Part shown: one piece after another, positions 7,504-10,901 of the stretch
How the letters are laid out: each line of letters starts with the position of its first letter
Numbering within the stretch: the first letter of the stretch is position 1
From: a virus
Taxonomy: Duplodnaviria; Heunggongvirae; Uroviricota; Caudoviricetes
IMG/VR virus record: IMGVR_UViG_2869970738_000002
Reading direction: 5' to 3' (one strand)
Length of the DNA: 10,901 nt
Notes under the pieces: generated by a model
Seen by the model: only the letters and a program-made list of their open reading frames with translations
Told to the model about the DNA's origin: nothing
The model's database searches: none
Translations under genes and position numbers: made by a program

Positions 7504-7806
7504 TTAACGCGTATTTTTCAGCGACTCCTGTGCAAAATACGCTGTTGCTTTTTTTAATATATCTCGCTCAAGGCGAGCTTCATTTAACGCCTTACGCAGT
7601 TGCAGAATTTCAGATTCCAGTTCAGCCACCGTGCGGGAACCAGGAGTACCGAGCCCTTTTCTGGCGGCGGTAACCCATTGTCCTAAAGTGCCTTCAGGAA
7701 GGGATAATCGGGAAGCGCCTTCACTGATCGAAAGTTGATTTTCAAGAACCGTTCTGACAGCTTCGGCTTTGAACTCTTTAGAGTAACGTTGGTTTTTTCT
7801 GCTCAT
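7504..7806 (-). CDS. IS600-like OrfA (helix-turn-helix transposase subunit)
   Basis: 100-aa ORF MSRKNQRYSKEFKAEAVRTVLENQLSISEGASRLSLPEGTLGQWVTAARKG...; identical protein encoded at 10599-10901. Confidence 0.9.
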   Translation of the reverse strand: MSRKNQRYSKEFKAEAVRTVLENQLSISEGASRLSLPEGTLGQWVTAARKGLGTPGSRTVAELESEILQLRKALNEARLERDILKKATAYFAQESLKNTR

Positions 7807-7870
7807 TATTAGCTCCTTCTGATGCCATTCTATTTCAGGAAGGAGTGTCCGTTAAACTCAGGCTACCTCA

Positions 7871-8359
7871 TATGTCGGGCGCTCATCCGGTATAAGGGAT
7901 CGCGTTCTTAATATCAATGAAACCGCTGATGTATGGTCTTATGCTTACGGTAATAATTTGCTAACTCTGTCATCAATATATAACCGAAGAATAATGGTTA
8001 TCTGCCTGGTGTTTGGTTGCCGACAGCAGGAGGCGAGGCTATCCACCTGGGACGAATGGGATTTAAAAAACTGGGTATGGACAGTCCCAAAAGAGCACAG
8101 CAAAAACAAGGAGGCTATAGTAAGGCCTGTTCCTGACGGAATAAAACAATGGATCGTTAATCTTTACGCAGAAACAAAAAATCGCGGTTATGTTGTCGGT
8201 TGTGCTTTGCAAAGGGCGACAATAACAGGGGCTGCAAACAGAATATGCAGGCGTCTTGGTCATGATACTAATGGCTTGTGGTGCATACATGATTTCAGGC
8301 GCACATTTTCCACTACGCTTAATGATATGGGGGCGGATCCTTATATTGTCGAACTTCTT
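7871..8359 (+). pseudogene. Internal fragment of a second, different tyrosine integrase, truncated at both ends by IS600 and IS1
   Basis: Frame is open from the IS600 boundary to the IS1 boundary. Encodes ...ICLVFGCRQQEARLSTWDEWDLKNWVWTVP...HDFRRTFSTTLNDMGADPYIVELLG, corresponding to the Int catalytic core (compare lambda AVVTGQRVGDLCEMKWSD...HELRSLSARLY...LLGH). The fragment ends before the LLGH histidine and the catalytic Tyr. Confidence 0.7.
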
Positions 8360-8414
8360 GGTGATGCTGCCAACTTACTGATTTAGTGTATGATGGTGTT
8401 TTTGAGGTGCTCCA

Positions 8415-8690
8415 GTGGCTTCTGTTTCTATCAGCTGTCCCTCCTGTTCAGCTACTGACGGGGTGGTGCGTAACGGCAAAAGCACTGCCGGACATCAGCG
8501 CTATCTCTGCTCTCACTGCCGTAAAACATGGCAACTGCAGTTCACTTACACCGCTTCTCAACCCGGTACGCACCAGAAAATTATTGATATGGCCATGAAT
8601 GGCGTTGGATGCCGGGCAACTGCACGCATTATGGGCGTTAGCCTCAACACGATTTTACGTCACTTAAAAAACTCAGGCCGCAGTCGGTAA
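8415..8690 (+). CDS. insA: IS1 InsA
   Basis: 91-aa [46 protein letters not shown]... Confidence 0.95.
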   Translation: MASVSISCPSCSATDGVVRNGKSTAGHQRYLCSHCRKTWQLQFTYTASQPGTHQKIIDMAMNGVGCRATARIMGVSLNTILRHLKNSGRSR

Positions 8691-8734
8691 CCTCGCGCAT
8701 ACAGCCGGGCAGTGACGTCATCGTCTGCGCGGAA

Positions 8735-9112
8735 ATGGACGAACAGTGGGGATACGTCGGGGCTAAATCGCGCCAGCGCTGGCTGTTTTACGCGTATGAC
8801 AGGCTCCGGAAGACGGTTGTTGCGCACGTATTCGGTGAACGCACTATGGCGACGCTGGGGCGTCTTATGAGCTTGCTGTCACCCTTTGACGTGGTGATAT
8901 GGATGACGGATGGCTGGCCACTGTATGAATCCCGCCTGAAGGGAAAGCTGCACGTAATCAGCAAGCGATATACGCAGCGAATTGAGCGGCATAACCTGAA
9001 TCTGAGGCAGCACCTGGCACGGCTGGGACGGAAGTCGCTGTCGTTCTCAAAATCGGTGGAGCTGCATGACAAAGTCATCGGGCATTATCTGAACATAAAA
9101 CACTATCAATAA
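8735..9112 (+). CDS. insB: IS1 InsB frame (C-terminal part of the InsAB' transposase; the true product arises by -1 frameshift at 8664-8672)
   Basis: Track [95 protein letters not shown]...HYQ. A TAG at 8639-8641 in this frame lies upstream of the frameshift site and does not affect the fusion product. Confidence 0.85.
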   Translation: MDEQWGYVGAKSRQRWLFYAYDRLRKTVVAHVFGERTMATLGRLMSLLSPFDVVIWMTDGWPLYESRLKGKLHVISKRYTQRIERHNLNLRQHLARLGRKSLSFSKSVELHDKVIGHYLNIKHYQ

Positions 9113-9127
9113 GTTGGAGTCATTACC

Positions 9128-9521
9128 GGCGTTGCAGATGCTTGATGATGATGAAAAGGGAGTAAATTTAACTTACACCCCAGGAGGAAATCAGAATATG
9201 AGAATTATCTCTGAGTCAGGTTTCTACAAACTAATAGCCCGCAGCCGCAAAGCAACGACGCCTGGCACATTTGCTCATCGTTTCAGTAACTGGGTATTCA
9301 GAAATGTGATACCAGGTATCAGAAAAACGGGGACTTATGGTATCCCGTGGGGTGCATTACAGGATTTTTCCCGCCGTAAAGAGCAATATCAAATAAGTGC
9401 CAGCGAGAAGGGGAGGGAGCTACAGGCATGTAAGCGCAAAAAGCGTGAGCAGGAGGAAGAAGAAAAAACGCTGATACGTGAATATCAGCCTGAGTTTTAC
9501 TTTGGTAACCGCATTCAGTGA
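9128..9521 (+). pseudogene. Bro-N domain (phage antirepressor-like) protein, N-terminally truncated by IS1
   Basis: Native sequence begins at the IS1 boundary: ...LDDDEKGVNLTYTPGGNQNMRIISESGFYKLIARSRKATTPGTFAHRFSNWVFRNVIPGIRKTGTYG matches the conserved C-terminal half of Bro-N domains (pattern LDDDEKGV...IISE.GLY.L..RSRK...F..WV...V.P.IRK.G.Y). The first 5 codons of track ORF 9114..9521 are IS1-derived. Confidence 0.6.
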
Positions 9522-9551
9522 CAAAACAAAGGCGACCGCAAAAGGGTCGCC
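9521..9551 (-). terminator. Rho-independent terminator for the minus-strand two-gene operon, convergent with the Bro-N fragment
   Basis: Hairpin GGCGACC-GCAAAAG-GGTCGCC (9531-9551); on the minus strand it is followed by TTTGTTTTGT (plus ACAAAACAAA, 9521-9530). Confidence 0.5.
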
Positions 9552-9617
9552 AGTGGGAACAAGGGAAAACAAAAGCATCACCAACAATGCCACATTTGCG
9601 GCTGGTGGGCAATGTGA

Positions 9618-9797
9618 TCAGTCAGATTTGGTTCGTTCCAAGGTTTGCAACGAGAGCTTTTTCCTGTGCTCTTTAAGGAATTTCTCAAGAGCAAACGAAC
9701 AAGGTGCGAATCTTTCTGATTCATGTTCATGCGCTATATTTTTGCGTCGTCTCTTACGAGTTGGTGATGGTGTTTTGGTTGATTCTGTGTCGCTCAT
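9618..9797 (-). CDS. Hypothetical 59-aa highly basic protein, not in the supplied ORF track; second gene of the minus-strand operon
   Basis: Hand translation of the minus strand: ATG at 9797-9795, MSDTESTKTPSPTRKRRRKNIAHEHESERFAPCSFALEKFLKEHRKKLSLQTLERTKSD, TGA at 9620-9618. AGGA lies about 8 nt upstream of the ATG. It starts 57 nt after the stop of the 101-aa gene and ends 67 nt before the terminator. Contains AGA x2, CGA x2, AGG and ATA codons. Confidence 0.35.
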   Translation of the reverse strand: MSDTESTKTPSPTRKRRRKNIAHEHESERFAPCSFALEKFLKEHRKKLSLQTLERTKSD

Positions 9798-9854
9798 GGT
9801 GCTGTCCTGTAAAGCAATGCGCCTGCGTTCCTCAAACTATGGCGCTGATATTGG

Positions 9855-10160
9855 CTATTCATGCTCTTTGACCTTGCGTCGCTGGAGTTCTTCACGCGCG
9901 ACGGTGACGAGTTGCCCGATCTCCTCGGCTGCTTTGATGCCGATTTGTTCGACCTTAGCCAGGGCATCCAGTGACGACACAAGGGGATTTTCTCCGCTGC
10001 CTTCTGCTTGGCGGCGGGCCATTTCTCCGCGCATGGCGGTTACGATAAATCCGGCATTGCTTTCACCGTCCAGCTTAACGGATTCCATCCCTTGCATAAC
10101 ATCTAGTGGGACTCTGACAGTTGTCAGTTGTGATTTTGCGTTTTTGTTAGCCGTTGCCAT
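9855..10160 (-). CDS. Hypothetical 101-aa protein with an Arc/Mnt/CopG-like ribbon-helix-helix N-terminus (putative DNA-binding regulator)
   Basis: ATG at 10160-10158 with AGGAG 8 nt upstream. The N-terminus LTTVRVPLDVMQGMESVKLDGESNAGFIVTAMRGEMARR fits the RHH pattern of beta-strand, helix, G-x-S-x-N turn, helix (compare Arc ...FNLRWPREVLDLVRKVAEENGRSVNSEIYQRVMESF). The C-terminal half is predicted helical and charged. Confidence 0.55.
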   Translation of the reverse strand: MATANKNAKSQLTTVRVPLDVMQGMESVKLDGESNAGFIVTAMRGEMARRQAEGSGENPLVSSLDALAKVEQIGIKAAEEIGQLVTVAREELQRRKVKEHE

Positions 10161-10180
10161 TTCTGAAACTCCTAATCATC

Positions 10181-10260
10181 GGTGTGTTTCAGTATACACA
10201 AAAAAAGAAATACAAAAAGCCTTGACGTGTGTTTCATGCGCTCATAACATGAAACACACC
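10181..10260. promoter_or_regulatory. Divergent promoter region with three copies of GTGTGTTTCA (two direct, one inverted), a putative operator array
   Basis: GTGTGTTTCA at 10182-10191 and 10227-10236, with the inverted copy TGAAACACAC at 10250-10259. Copies 2 and 3 form a perfect 12-bp inverted repeat (10227-10238 / 10248-10259, 9-bp spacer) overlapping a plus-strand promoter TTGACG (10222-10227), 17 bp, TAACAT (10245-10250). Copy 1 lies between a minus-strand TATACT -10-like element and the RHH gene RBS. Confidence 0.4.
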
Positions 10261-10350
10261 GAAAGGATTGTTGAAATACAAAGAGCAACGCCCCGCAGTG
10301 CTGGGAACACATACGGGGCGTCTAACCAACAACGTAAACTAGGAGCCGTT

Positions 10351-10542
10351 ATGGTTGCTGTAAATCATATACCACACCTTGTACACACACAAACGGCCTT
10401 TGTGTGGCGTTTTCTGGCACTGAGTGCCGGAGAATCTCAAATCATCCACGTAACCGCCTGGACGGAACGCGAAGCGCGTAGCCGTTGCCCGTCCGGTTGT
10501 GTTGCTGTATTCGCTGCAAAAATCCGCCAGGGAGTGAGGTAG
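10351..10542 (+). CDS. Hypothetical small protein, divergent from the RHH gene; 3' end runs into IS600, probably truncated
   Basis: ATG at 10351 with AGGAG 5 nt upstream (10341-10345): MVAVNHIPHLVHTQTAFVWRFLALSAGESQIIHVTAWTEREARSRCPSGCVAVFAAKIRQG.... The last codons and the stop (10540-10542) are inside the IS600 left end, which begins at 10535. It is the 3' part of the long track ORF 9478..10542, whose upstream portion I consider non-coding. Confidence 0.35.
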   Translation: MVAVNHIPHLVHTQTAFVWRFLALSAGESQIIHVTAWTEREARSRCPSGCVAVFAAKIRQGVR

Positions 10543-10901
10543 CCTGAGTTTAACGGACACTCCTTCCTGAAATAGAATGGCATCAGAAGGAGCTAATAAT
10601 GAGCAGAAAAAACCAACGTTACTCTAAAGAGTTCAAAGCCGAAGCTGTCAGAACGGTTCTTGAAAATCAACTTTCGATCAGTGAAGGCGCTTCCCGATTA
10701 TCCCTTCCTGAAGGCACTTTAGGACAATGGGTTACCGCCGCCAGAAAAGGGCTCGGTACTCCTGGTTCCCGCACGGTGGCTGAACTGGAATCTGAAATTC
10801 TGCAACTGCGTAAGGCGTTAAATGAAGCTCGCCTTGAGCGAGATATATTAAAAAAAGCAACAGCGTATTTTGCACAGGAGTCGCTGAAAAATACGCGTTA
10901 A
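10535..10901 (+). mobile_element. Second IS600-like IS3-family copy, partial in window (left 367 bp), inverted relative to the copy at 6607-7870
   Basis: Starts TGAGGTAGCCTGAGTTTAACGGACACTCCTTCC..., identical to the reverse complement of 7870 downward; flanking sequence diverges exactly at 10535. Continues past the window end. Confidence 0.85.
10599..10901 (+). CDS. IS600-like OrfA (second copy)
   Basis: 100-aa ORF identical to the protein encoded at 7504-7806 on the minus strand; stop TAA at 10899-10901. Confidence 0.9.
   Translation: MSRKNQRYSKEFKAEAVRTVLENQLSISEGASRLSLPEGTLGQWVTAARKGLGTPGSRTVAELESEILQLRKALNEARLERDILKKATAYFAQESLKNTR

Larger units (their letters stand above)
6607..7870 (-). 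mobile_element. IS3-family insertion sequence (IS600-like by recollection), complete, 1264 bp
   Basis: Ends TGAGGTGTACTGG... (6607) and ...CTCAGGCTACCTCA (7870) form imperfect terminal inverted repeats of the TGA...TCA type. Contains overlapping orfA and orfB in -1 frame arrangement. The right-end sequence is identical to the start of the second copy at 10535. Confidence 0.85.
8360..9127 (+). mobile_element. IS1 (canonical isoform), complete, 768 bp
   Basis: Left end GGTGATGCTGCCAACTTACTGAT at 8360, right end ...CAATAAGTTGGAGTCATTACC at 9127. A6C frameshift motif at 8664-8672. Flanks AACTTCTTG and GGCGTTGCA do not match, so there is no target duplication. Confidence 0.95.

Noticed and set aside
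7194-7673. Plus-strand ORFs 7194..7433 and 7476..7673 inside IS600
   Set aside because: Antisense to IS600 orfA/orfB.
8063-9078. Minus-strand ORFs 8063..8290 and 8788..9078
   Set aside because: Antisense to the integrase fragment and to IS1 insB respectively.
9319-9982. Minus-strand ORFs 9319..9612 and 9794..9982
   Set aside because: The first is antisense to the Bro-N fragment and spans the terminator; the second overlaps the RHH gene in another frame. The 59-aa ORF at 9618-9797 has the better operon context.
10181-10260. GTGTGTTTCA repeats as a possible CRISPR array or LexA box
   Set aside because: Only three short copies with unequal spacing and no cas context; the sequence does not fit the CTGT-N8-ACAG LexA consensus. 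Better explained as an operator array.
9478-10542. 354-aa plus-strand ORF, the longest unassigned ORF in the window
   Set aside because: Ser/Cys/Arg-rich, low-complexity translation typical of an antisense frame. It runs straight through a terminator hairpin (9531-9551), the intergenic promoter/operator region and antisense to the RHH gene, which has a proper RBS. Only its last 63 codons, with their own AGGAG and ATG at 10351, look like a gene.
10339-10560. 73-aa minus-strand ORF
   Set aside because: Its start lies inside the IS600 terminal repeat and it is antisense to the small plus-strand gene; junction artefact.

Overview
This window reads as an IS-shattered patchwork of prophage remnants, typical of a Shigella or IS-rich E. 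coli accessory region; every call below is from reading the sequence and ORF track by eye, with no database search. Left to right: a complete lambda-family integrase (1-1119, minus) with an overlapping Xis-like gene whose 5' end is cut by an IS1 isoform (1336-3439); that IS1 itself carries a nested IS2 (2086-3416) flanked by a 5-bp ATCAG duplication. The IS1 right end is fused to an orphan DPPY-type DNA methyltransferase (to 4457), followed by a promoter-like site, three tRNAs (anticodons CAU, UCG, UCU; the ileZ-argN-argO arrangement of lambdoid and Stx-type phages), a terminator, a hairpin-rich ~450-bp spacer with no toxin genes, and a NanS-p-like esterase gene (5237-6625) whose 3' end runs into an IS600-like IS3-family element (6607-7870, minus). 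Beyond it lie a tyrosine-integrase fragment (7871-8359), a canonical IS1 (8360-9127), a Bro-N fragment, and then the most interesting part: a small uncharacterised module (9520-10534) with a minus-strand operon encoding a ribbon-helix-helix-like 101-aa protein and a 59-aa basic protein absent from the ORF track, a divergent promoter region with three copies of GTGTGTTTCA, and a divergent small gene cut by a second IS600 copy (10535 to window end). None of the IS junctions has matching target-site duplications, so the junctions look recombination- or deletion-derived.
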